Shown here piece after piece: positions 25,458 to 32,000 of a DNA stretch of 32,000 nt; the first letter of the stretch is position 1, and every line of letters begins with the position of its first letter. A program made the translations under genes and the position numbers. Origin of the DNA: Aeropyrum pernix K1. GTDB taxonomy: Archaea > Thermoproteota > Thermoprotei_A > Sulfolobales > Acidilobaceae. The stretch covers positions 270,001 through 302,000 of the forward strand of contig NC_000854.2 of assembly GCF_000011125.1 (NCBI RefSeq). The letters run 5' to 3'. Under the pieces are notes generated by a model. That model was not told where the DNA came from and did not search any database. It saw only the letters and a program-made list of their open reading frames with translations.

Positions 25458-25529
25458 GGCGACTTCGGCCTGTGGGTGTTTAGCCGGGCCGTATGAGTCC
25501 GGCGCTCTGCCAGGCTGAGCTACGGCGGC
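25405..25529 (-). tRNA. tRNA-Met (anticodon CAU, elongator-type; could be tRNA-Ile2), CCA encoded, 48-nt intron at canonical position 37/38
   Basis: Minus strand: GCCGCCG-TA-GCTC-AGCCTGGCA-GAGC-G-CCGGA-CTCATA[48-nt intron CGGCCCGGCTAAACACCCACAGGCCGAAGTCGCCTGGGGGCCTGGGAG]A-TCCGG-AGGTC-CCGGG-TTCGAAT-CCCGG-CGGCGGC-A-CCA. It is not initiator-like: G1-C72, and no GGG/CCC anticodon stem. Confidence 0.9.
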
Positions 25530-25571
25530 GCCCTGTATATGGGTGTTTCTGTGGTTGAGTGGTTATGTGTG

Positions 25572-25754
25572 TTAAGCTTGGTGTAGCTGTTTTAGTATGG
25601 CTTCGCGTATGAACTCGCTCCTTGTTAGCCCCTTCTTCTCTGCGCGGCGGTCTATCTCCTCGAGGAGGTCTGCCTCGATCTTGAATGTGACGACCTTGAT
25701 CCTTTTCTCCCTCCTTCTGGGGGCGTAGGTGACTATTATCTCCATGGCTGCCAT
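25572..25754 (-). CDS. Ribbon-helix-helix (CopG/MetJ-type) DNA-binding protein
   Basis: 60 aa. Beta-strand VVTFKIEADLL followed by two helices, EEIDRRAEKKGLTRSEFIREAILKQL. This is the classical RHH pattern. Confidence 0.85.
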   Translation of the reverse strand: MAAMEIIVTYAPRRREKRIKVVTFKIEADLLEEIDRRAEKKGLTRSEFIREAILKQLHQA

Positions 25755-25771
25755 TGAGTCTCCCCGGCTTT

Positions 25772-25789
25772 GGGTTTTTCTGGGTTTTG
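25772..25789. repeat. Direct repeat tgggtttt x2 (10-bp period) just upstream of the RHH gene
   Basis: The copies are at 25772-25779 and 25782-25789, which is 18-35 nt upstream of the RHH start codon at 25754. Candidate operator. Confidence 0.5.
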
Positions 25790-25890
25790 GAGTGTGATAT
25801 GCTGGCGTGGTTTGGAGGTCTATAGGGAGGGGGGTTTGCGTGTGTATCCCGTGGCTGGCCGAGAGTATTCCTAGCCTTGCCCTTACCCGG

Positions 25891-26697
25891 CTATCCTGTG
25901 GTTTGGAGGAGTGTGAGGGTTATCTCTATGCCCCCGTCCTCTTGTCCAGGTATTGCCAGGTCATACCTTATTTTTGATGCGGCTATTAGGCCGTCTATTC
26001 TGGCGAGCTCCATGCTGAGGGGCGCCTGGGCCCAGGGGTTTTGGCTCAGGCCAGCCGCCTGGGGTAGTAATACCACCTGCAGCCCCCTCTTCGCCCCCTC
26101 CGGCGTCTCCACCTTCTGGAAGCTAACGTTCACCCTGACGGCCGCCGAGACTGCGCCCTGAGCTATGAACTGGCCCCAGTCTATGCCTAGGGCGCCGCTT
26201 AGGTAGTAGTGTAGGTATAGGGGGGCTATGCCGGGGAATACTTCTACCCCGATGATCTCGCCCTGGCTCCCCTGGGCGAAGGAGAGGCCCGTTAGGAAAG
26301 CCTCCTCCCACCTGAGGACGTCCATGGGGGTTTCAAGGCCGGAGGCCGGGTCGATTCTAGCCATCGAGGTTAGGGCGTTCTCGCCGTACTCGTAGCGTAT
26401 CTTATACTGGAGCTCCCCGGCCTTGTAGAGCTCGGCCACCCCGCTCCTGGAGCTTGGGCTGTTGTCAACCACCACCCGGTACACGTCGCCGCCGACCCTC
26501 ACCTCGTACTCAAGCCTATCGACACTGTCGAGGATTGCGCCGAGGCTCGGTGTTGGGCTTGCAAGGCTTTTCAGCACGCCATAGTGCATGTAGTAGACAG
26601 CGGCCCCGCCAACAGCGGAGAGCAGGGCTAGGGCGGCGAAGACGGTGAACAACGGCTTGAAAGACACCAGCTTCATAACCCGCAGACACCCATCCAA
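25891..26697 (-). CDS. Membrane-anchored or secreted hypothetical protein
   Basis: 268-aa ORF from a TTG. The likely real start is the ATG at 26676 (MKLVSFKPLFTVFAALALLSAVGGAAVYY), which gives an N-terminal signal anchor. The rest is soluble and beta-rich. No family recognised. Confidence 0.6.
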   Translation of the reverse strand: MDGCLRVMKLVSFKPLFTVFAALALLSAVGGAAVYYMHYGVLKSLASPTPSLGAILDSVDRLEYEVRVGGDVYRVVVDNSPSSRSGVAELYKAGELQYKIRYEYGENALTSMARIDPASGLETPMDVLRWEEAFLTGLSFAQGSQGEIIGVEVFPGIAPLYLHYYLSGALGIDWGQFIAQGAVSAAVRVNVSFQKVETPEGAKRGLQVVLLPQAAGLSQNPWAQAPLSMELARIDGLIAASKIRYDLAIPGQEDGGIEITLTLLQTTG

Positions 26698-26760
26698 CCC
26701 CTGGGACTGCTAGTGGATTTAAAGCCTGCTGGCTCCGTTGGGTAGTGTGGGTGTCCAGCG

Positions 26761-27027
26761 GTGACACTAGGCCTGGACAGGGGTACCAACGCTATGGGCC
26801 ACGAGGGGTGGACCAGGGTTAGGTGCAGGGTATGCGGCACGTACCTAGACATAACAGGACAGCCGCCCGGGGGGAGGAGCATAACACTCGTGTACGCATG
26901 CCCCAGATGCGCCAAGGACTATGGAGCCTACTTCTGCAGGGCCGACGCGAGGAGCCTGAAATACCGCTGCCCCTTCTGCGGCTCCGAGCTAGTGGTCATA
27001 TCCCCCGTAACAACAACGCAGGTCTAA
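26761..27027 (+). CDS. Small zinc-ribbon protein (three CxxC pairs)
   Basis: 88 aa with a GTG start; an alternative ATG gives MGHEGW. Cysteine pairs CRVCG, CPRC and CPFCG. A palindromic tttaaa (26718-26723) lies in the divergent intergenic region. Confidence 0.55.
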   Translation: MTLGLDRGTNAMGHEGWTRVRCRVCGTYLDITGQPPGGRSITLVYACPRCAKDYGAYFCRADARSLKYRCPFCGSELVVISPVTTTQV

Positions 27028-27070
27028 CCCTCCAGCGGGCCCGGCCCCTCCATCCCCTCCGATATCCAGG

Positions 27071-27421
27071 GTGTTTTACAGGTTGATTGTTAGGGAGGAG
27101 TGGATAACCCCCCACAGGCGGGTTGTGGTCGTCGAGGACGGGGGGAGGAGGTTCTACAGCATAGACTTCTACATGGAGTGGCGCGGGGGGACGCCCCAGG
27201 GTTTGGAGAGGGTGGCGGGCGTCGGTGGTAAGGAGGTTTGGAGGCTCCCCCTGCTGGGGGGGTGTGAGGCCCTCTTCCTGGCGACCCCCGCCGGCCTTGA
27301 GGTCATAAGCCTCAGGCTCTCCACCAGCGTCGACCAGGATCCGGCTGGGGGTGACGCCAGGTCTGCCGTAGCCCTGTGTGAGGAGGGTTTTAGGCGGTGG
27401 CTAGGGTCTGCGCGCTCCTGA
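27071..27421 (+). CDS. Hypothetical protein
   Basis: 116 aa with a GTG start. It overlaps the next gene by 25 nt. No motif recognised. It is co-directional with and tightly packed against the neighbouring genes. Confidence 0.4.
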   Translation: MFYRLIVREEWITPHRRVVVVEDGGRRFYSIDFYMEWRGGTPQGLERVAGVGGKEVWRLPLLGGCEALFLATPAGLEVISLRLSTSVDQDPAGGDARSAVALCEEGFRRWLGSARS

Positions 27422-28113
27422 GCGGGGGTAAGGACAGCAACTACGCCCTATACCTCTCCCTCGCGAGGGGCGATGAGGTCGTCTGCATCCTGGCAGTGAA
27501 GCCTAGGAGGAGGGATAGCTGGATGTTCCACACCGCAGCACTGGAGGCCCCCCGGCTTCAGGCCGAGGCTATGGGCCTCTCCCACGCCTATAGGGAGGCT
27601 GTTGTAAGCGGGGTGAGGGAGAGGGAGGTGGAGGAGCTGAAGGCGGTGCTTACGAGGCTCAGGAGTGAGACCGGCTTCGACACTATAGTTCTGGGTGGAA
27701 TAGCCAGCAGGTACCAGCTGGAGAGGGCCAGGATGCTGGCCCGCCACGTGGCTGCGGGGGTCTACGCCCCCATCTGGGGTGTGGACCCTGAGGAGCATCT
27801 CCTCAACCTCGTCAGGAACGGGTTCAAGTTCGTCATATCGAGGGCTTCCACCATGGGGTTGGGCGCGGAGTATGTCGGGAGAGTCTTCGACGAGGACCTC
27901 GCCAGGGAGGTGATAGCGCTCTCGAGGAGGTACGGGTTCAACCCGGCGTTCGAGGGTGGCGAGGCAGAGACCCTGGTGCTCGACGCCCCCCACTACAGGA
28001 TGGGTTTGTGCGTGAGGGGCAGGGTGGCGAGGCTCCCCGGGGGGGTTTACGAGCTGGTGGTGGAGGGCATGAGGCTCTGCAGCGAGGCTAGGGTGGAGCT
28101 AGAGCAGGCCTAG
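27397..28113 (+). CDS. PP-loop ATP pyrophosphatase of the MJ0570/Dph6 family (putative diphthine-ammonia ligase)
   Basis: 238 aa. N-terminal PP-loop CALLSGGKDSNYAL, then WMFHT and the GGEAETLVLDAP pattern typical of this family. Confidence 0.85.
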   Translation: MARVCALLSGGKDSNYALYLSLARGDEVVCILAVKPRRRDSWMFHTAALEAPRLQAEAMGLSHAYREAVVSGVREREVEELKAVLTRLRSETGFDTIVLGGIASRYQLERARMLARHVAAGVYAPIWGVDPEEHLLNLVRNGFKFVISRASTMGLGAEYVGRVFDEDLAREVIALSRRYGFNPAFEGGEAETLVLDAPHYRMGLCVRGRVARLPGGVYELVVEGMRLCSEARVELEQA

Positions 28114-28899
28114 GAGCCTCTCCGAGTTCAATGATATAGCCTCCATAAGCCTGCCAGGATCCTCGCCCCTCGCCTCCGCAACGAGCTTCACAGTCTCCCT
28201 CACCATGAGAGGGCTGAGCCGGAGCCCCCTGTAGTTGTAGGGTCCATCGCTCTCCACGACAAGCGACCGGAGGGGTATCTCCCTCGCCACCCTCACGCTC
28301 TTCTCCTGCACCCTTATGGCGGAGTTTATGGAGAACCATACTCTACCCTCAGGCAGGGCCCTAGGCAGGGTGGCCGGCCCCGTGTACCAGTGGTACATGA
28401 ACCTCGCCCTGCTGGTCCACCCTATCCTGTGGGCGACGTGCTTCCAGGCGTCGGGGGCGTGTATGTTAAGCATCACCCCCATATCCTCCGCTAGCTGGAC
28501 GAACGCGTCGAAAACCTCGTTCTGCACCCTCCACGTGTACTCGTCAACAAACCTCCTATCAAGCCCGACCTCCCCCAGGCACGGGACCCCGTACCTGTAG
28601 GCCAGCCTCAGGACCTCCCAGGCCTCCCACACCCTACCCTCCCTCACGTTCCAGGGGTGGAAGCCAAGGCAGGGGACGACCCTCCCGCCGAACGTGTGCC
28701 AGAGGTCCAGAGTCCTCCACGCAGACTCAAGGTCATCGGAGACCGCTACAACCACAAGGCTCTTATCAGCGTCAAGTATCTCCTCCACCTCACGGTCGCT
28801 GTACTCGTGTAGGTGGACGTGCATGTCGTAGACCCTCAACCCCCTCCACCCCCTCATGCGGGTGGGGCTTTGGGGAGGTTTAACGTCTGGCTGCCACAA
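28099..28899 (-). CDS. TatD-family metal-dependent hydrolase
   Basis: Metal ligand motifs YDMHVHLHEY, GEVGLDRRF, MLNIHAPDA, MYHWYTG and VVESDGPY. The start is probably the internal Met at 28857 (MRGWRGLRVYDMHVH). Confidence 0.85.
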   Translation of the reverse strand: MWQPDVKPPQSPTRMRGWRGLRVYDMHVHLHEYSDREVEEILDADKSLVVVAVSDDLESAWRTLDLWHTFGGRVVPCLGFHPWNVREGRVWEAWEVLRLAYRYGVPCLGEVGLDRRFVDEYTWRVQNEVFDAFVQLAEDMGVMLNIHAPDAWKHVAHRIGWTSRARFMYHWYTGPATLPRALPEGRVWFSINSAIRVQEKSVRVAREIPLRSLVVESDGPYNYRGLRLSPLMVRETVKLVAEARGEDPGRLMEAISLNSERLLGLL

Positions 28900-29269
28900 G
28901 TGGGGTGGGGTTGCGGGCTTGAGGAGTCTTGACCGTGGGTCCTTGGCGGGGCTGGCTCTCGTGGCGGGTCTCTCAGCCTACCTGATCATAGAGGGTTACA
29001 TGGCCGCCGGGGGCCCCACCCTCTTTCCCCTCGCGGTGGCAGCCCTCTGGGTGGGGGGCGCCGCCGCCATTGCCTGGGGGAGGGCTTGGGGGCTCTACCC
29101 TTTCATGCTGGGTTGTCTGGGCTTCATACAGTGGAGGCTCCTGGCAGTGGTGCCGGGCGAGGGGGGTCTCCGCTGGGTGGCTGAGGTGTCCCTGGCCACC
29201 CTGCTGTGGTTCGTGGCGACCTTCGAGGTCCTCAGGCTGTGGCTGCGGGTGAGGCGTGGGCGCGTTTAA
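28856..29269 (+). CDS. Hypothetical membrane protein
   Basis: 137-aa ORF with several hydrophobic helices (LALVAGLSAYLII, LFPLAVAALWVGGAAAIAW, VSLATLLWFVATF). The true start is probably downstream, for example the TTG at about 28943, because the 5' part overlaps the divergent TatD gene. Confidence 0.45.
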   Translation: MRVGLWGGLTSGCHKWGGVAGLRSLDRGSLAGLALVAGLSAYLIIEGYMAAGGPTLFPLAVAALWVGGAAAIAWGRAWGLYPFMLGCLGFIQWRLLAVVPGEGGLRWVAEVSLATLLWFVATFEVLRLWLRVRRGRV

Positions 29270-29305
29270 TATAAAGCCTCGTACTCGAACCCGATTCACC
29301 CTGGG

Positions 29306-29524
29306 GTGCTCACGGGCATGGGCGGCAAGCACGGCAAGTACGTGTACGTCAAGAGGGGCGACGGCTGGTATGTGAAGGTTAGGGTGTTCAAGAACCGGCC
29401 CCAGGACAGCCCCGAGAGGTATCTTATAGTGGGGCCGAAGAGGAGGGAGGCGCCCATAACCTTCCAGGTTCTAGAGGAGGATGAGCTGCCGGAGGAGGTT
29501 AGGAGGGCCCTCTATCTTGTCTAA
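29306..29524 (+). CDS. Small basic hypothetical protein
   Basis: 72 aa (GKHGKYVYVKRGDGWYVKVRVFKNRPQDSPERYLIVGPKRRE...). The composition is not an antisense-type artefact. No family recognised. Confidence 0.4.
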   Translation: MLTGMGGKHGKYVYVKRGDGWYVKVRVFKNRPQDSPERYLIVGPKRREAPITFQVLEEDELPEEVRRALYLV

Positions 29525-30602
29525 ACCCCCCTGCGGCGAGCCTGAAGTCTCGGTCATAGTGCCGACTCTGAACGAGAGGGACAATATACGCCCCCTCTAC
29601 GTGGGGCTGAAGAAAAGCCTGGAGGGGGCTGGGCTCGAGTGCTTCGAGATAGTCTTCGTAGACGACTCCTCCACCGACGGCACTATAGAGGAGGTGGAGC
29701 GCCTCTCGAGGAGCGACCCCAGGGTTAGGCTTATAGTGAGGAGGGGCGAGAAGGGGCTCTCCCGGGCCGTGCTTGAAGGGCTACGCAGGGCTAGAGGGAG
29801 GGTGGCAGTTGTTATGGACGCCGACCTCCAGCACCCCCCGGAGACCGTGCCCCTCCTGGTTGAGAAGGTGGCTGGGGGGGAGGCGGACTTGGCAGTGGCA
29901 TCCCGCTACGCCCCCGGGGGCAGGGTTGAGGGGTGGAGCCTTGTCCGCAGGATTATAAGTAGGGGGGCGGTGCTGCTGGCGTGGCTCCTCATACCAGAGT
30001 CCAGGAGGACCAGGGACCCGGTCTCCGGGTTCTTCGCGGTGAACCTGGAGAGGGTCAGGCCCGCCATTGTGAGCGGCCGAGGCTTCAAGATTCTACTGGA
30101 GATACTGTATACAAACCCCTACGCCAGGGTAGTTGACGTCCCCTTCACATTCCGAGGGAGGAGCCGGGGCAGCAGCAAGCTCGGGCCCTCGACAATCCTT
30201 GACTACCTGCTCCAGGTCCTCCAGCTCTCGAGCATACCCCGCTTCATCGCCGTCGGCGCCCTCGGCTCCCTGGTAAACCTTGCCGTCTACACGCTGGCCT
30301 TCTCCGCCACCGGGGTGCACCCGCTGAGCAGCATACTAGGCTTCGAGGCCGGGCTCATACACAACGCCATACTGCACGACAGGATAACGTTCAGGAATAG
30401 GAGCATGTGGAGGAGCCACAGCTTCCTTAGGAGGCTGGCCAAGTACCACGCCACCAGCGCGGCAGGCATAGCAGTCGGCGTCGCGGCCTCAACAATCTTG
30501 TATAGCCTCGCAGGCCTCCACCCCCTCCTATCCCAGGCGCTGGGCATCGGAGCGGGCTTCATAGTAAACTTCACCCTAGCCTCAAGGTATATCTGGAGGT
30601 AG
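29481..30602 (+). CDS. GT2 glycosyltransferase (dolichyl-phosphate mannose/glucose synthase-like) fused to a GtrA-like membrane domain
   Basis: VSVIVPTLNERDNI, IVFVDDSSTDGT and VVMDADLQHPPE (DxD). The C-terminal four-helix region (RFIAVGALGSLVNLAVYTL...GAGFIVNFTLASRYIW) is typical of GtrA. The ATG is preceded by gaggagg. Confidence 0.88.
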   Translation: MSCRRRLGGPSILSKPPCGEPEVSVIVPTLNERDNIRPLYVGLKKSLEGAGLECFEIVFVDDSSTDGTIEEVERLSRSDPRVRLIVRRGEKGLSRAVLEGLRRARGRVAVVMDADLQHPPETVPLLVEKVAGGEADLAVASRYAPGGRVEGWSLVRRIISRGAVLLAWLLIPESRRTRDPVSGFFAVNLERVRPAIVSGRGFKILLEILYTNPYARVVDVPFTFRGRSRGSSKLGPSTILDYLLQVLQLSSIPRFIAVGALGSLVNLAVYTLAFSATGVHPLSSILGFEAGLIHNAILHDRITFRNRSMWRSHSFLRRLAKYHATSAAGIAVGVAASTILYSLAGLHPLLSQALGIGAGFIVNFTLASRYIWR

Positions 30603-30612
30603 GTGCCGCGCC

Positions 30613-31296
30613 TTGGCTGGCAGCAGGCTCAGGCAGCTGGAGGAGGAGGTGAGAAGGTGCACCAGATGCCCGCTCCACGCCACGAGGACCCACGCGGTCC
30701 CCGGGGAGGGCCCCGGTGAGGCGGGGGTTATGGTTGTGGGGGAGGCCCCTGGGAGGATGGAGGACAGGCTAGGCCGCCCCTTCGTCGGGCCCGCGGGGAA
30801 GCTGCTGGACAGCCTGCTCGAGCTCGCCGGCCTCTCCCGGGGAGAGGTGTATATCACGAATGTGGTGAAGTGCAGGCCCCCGGGGAACAGGGATCCGAGG
30901 GAGGAGGAGATAGAGGCGTGCCTCCCCTACCTTGTGGAGCAGATCAGCCTCATCAGGCCTAGGCTGGTGATAGCTGTTGGAAGGCACGCGGGGAGGACGC
31001 TCTTCAGGCTAGCAGGCCTGAGGTGGCCGGGCCTCGCCAGGGCGCGGGGTAGGGTTTGGAGGGGGAGGATAGGCGGTGTTGAGTTGTTGATAGCGGTGAC
31101 CTACCACCCGGCCGCGGCCCTCTACAACCCCGGGCTGAGGGGGGAGCTTGAGAGGGACTTCTCGGGTTTTATAAGGAGGAGCGTGGCGGAAGCCCTCTCG
31201 CGGGGCGGCGGTGGAGGGGGTGCTGGTCTGGACAGGTGGTTTTCACCAGATTCTAGAGGACCTGGCGAAGGAGCGGGCGGTGATGTAGACTCCTAG
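30613..31296 (+). CDS. udg: Family-4 (thermostable, Fe-S) uracil-DNA glycosylase
   Basis: CTRCPLHATRTHAVPGEG, VVGEAPGRMEDRLGRPFVGPAGKLLD, ITNVVKCRPPGNRDP, EIEACLPYL and YHPAAALY. TTG start. Gly-rich C-terminal tail. Confidence 0.92.
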   Translation: MAGSRLRQLEEEVRRCTRCPLHATRTHAVPGEGPGEAGVMVVGEAPGRMEDRLGRPFVGPAGKLLDSLLELAGLSRGEVYITNVVKCRPPGNRDPREEEIEACLPYLVEQISLIRPRLVIAVGRHAGRTLFRLAGLRWPGLARARGRVWRGRIGGVELLIAVTYHPAAALYNPGLRGELERDFSGFIRRSVAEALSRGGGGGGAGLDRWFSPDSRGPGEGAGGDVDS

Positions 31297-32000
31297 GGTG
31301 AATAGAAGGCCTGCGGTGGCGAAGGCGAACGCAACCACAGCACCCGTCTCGATACGCTGGGCCAGAGTATCCTGGCCCGTGGGGGCCGGCTGGGCGGGGG
31401 CCTCCAGCTGGGACTCCATAGCCTCCGCCGCTATGCTCCAGAGTATCGCGGAGGCTGTTGCCTCCTCCATCATAGCTATGGCAAGCTGGGGGTCGTCGCC
31501 CGCCAGGACCTCGGCGTACTGTATGTAGGCCTCTGTGAGGCCGCTCTGGAAGCCGAGGGAGGAGGCTCTGGCTAGGAGGACGGAGATTATAGCCTCCATC
31601 TCCCGGCGGTATAGCTCGAGGTCCTCGGGCTGGGGCGCCTCCTCGGGGGCGGCTGAGACGACCTGGAGCGTCATGCTGACGGCGTCCCTCAGGAAGCCTA
31701 TGGCGGCCACGTAGTTGCCCCTCTCCTCGTACATCCTGGCCTCGGAGACGAGTTTAGAGAGGGCAGCCAGGTAGGGTGCGAACCTGCCCTCTGGGAGGTT
31801 GTAGGCGTTTATCATGTATTCCACTAGGCTCCTACCGTAGTCGGCCGACGTGTAGCCGTACTCCCTGAACACGCTGTATATGATCCTGAGGTCCTCGGAC
31901 CTAAGCTCCCTCCCAATATCCTTAACAGCCCCCGCAGTCTTGAGCCAGCCCTCGACGCTCTCCAGCCTAGCCTTTATATAGCCCAGCTGTGCGGCGGCGC
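31243..32000 (-). CDS. Hypothetical protein with a C-terminal TM anchor, 5'-partial (continues beyond the window)
   Basis: The track gives 31243..31872 from a GTG. My translation of the same frame upstream (…AAAQLGYIKARLESVEGWLKTAGAVKDIGRELRSEDLRIIYS-VFREYGY) has no stop up to position 32000. C-terminal helix GAVVAFAFATAGLLFTLGVYI. Confidence 0.55.
   Translation of the reverse strand, partial: AAAQLGYIKARLESVEGWLKTAGAVKDIGRELRSEDLRIIYSVFREYGYTSADYGRSLVEYMINAYNLPEGRFAPYLAALSKLVSEARMYEERGNYVAAIGFLRDAVSMTLQVVSAAPEEAPQPEDLELYRREMEAIISVLLARASSLGFQSGLTEAYIQYAEVLAGDDPQLAIAMMEEATASAILWSIAAEAMESQLEAPAQPAPTGQDTLAQRIETGAVVAFAFATAGLLFTLGVYITARSFARSSRIW

Noticed and set aside
26718-26723. Palindromic tttaaa as a bidirectional TATA box between 25891..26697 and 26761..27027.
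   Set aside because: The position is plausible (about 40-45 nt from both likely starts). However, a 6-mer alone is insufficient evidence, so I kept it only as a note in the feature evidence.
28855-28858. Divergent genes whose start codons overlap in the palindrome CATG (the TatD alternative start at 28857 and the membrane-protein start at 28856).
   Set aside because: This would leave no promoter space for either gene. The membrane-protein ORF most likely starts further downstream (TTG at about 28943), so the overlap is an ORF-calling artefact.

Overview
The window is archaeal chromosome. The evidence is A1A0/V-type ATPase genes, intron-containing tRNAs, a family-4 uracil-DNA glycosylase and a Dph6-like gene. 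The flanks are GC-rich and look like a hyperthermophilic crenarchaeon, possibly Aeropyrum-like Desulfurococcales; that assignment is inference only.

Positions 1-14150 and 25231-32000 are ordinary, densely packed core genes:
- AidB-like acyl-CoA dehydrogenase, two tandem GNAT acetyltransferases, malic enzyme and acyl-CoA synthetase.
- UMP kinase and an ATPase operon in the order F-E-A-B-D.
- An MfnA-like PLP decarboxylase.
- After the island: two intron-containing tRNAs, an RHH regulator, a Zn-ribbon protein, a PP-loop ATPase, a TatD hydrolase, a GT2-GtrA glycosyltransferase and the UDG.

Between them lies an approximately 11-kb island (about 14151-25230) of clearly lower GC. Single 60-nt lines I counted give 20/60 to 38/60 G+C inside it, against 37/60 to 42/60 in the flanks. 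The island abuts the 3' end of a tRNA-Thr(UGU) gene.

Nearly the whole island is one minus-strand, tightly coupled four-gene operon:
- a 1007-aa Zn-ribbon DNA methyltransferase (DUF1156-like);
- a 1188-aa P-loop ATPase (DUF499/BrxC-like);
- a 182-aa unknown protein;
- a 1039-aa SNF2 helicase carrying a C-terminal PD-(D/E)xK-like module.

No PglZ, classical restriction endonuclease, integrase or transposase is visible. This operon is the best candidate for an uncharacterised modification-linked defence system.

Secondary observations:
- palindromes and 10-bp-phased heptamer repeats at the island's left edge;
- a possible degenerate tRNA-derived att remnant inside the tail of the decarboxylase ORF;
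- a 14-nt perfect complementarity between the tRNA-Met intron and the inter-tRNA spacer;
- an extra 19 nt or so in the D-region of tRNA-Thr.

I saw no CRISPR array and no rRNA. Many long ORFs antisense to real genes in the GC-rich parts are composition artefacts.
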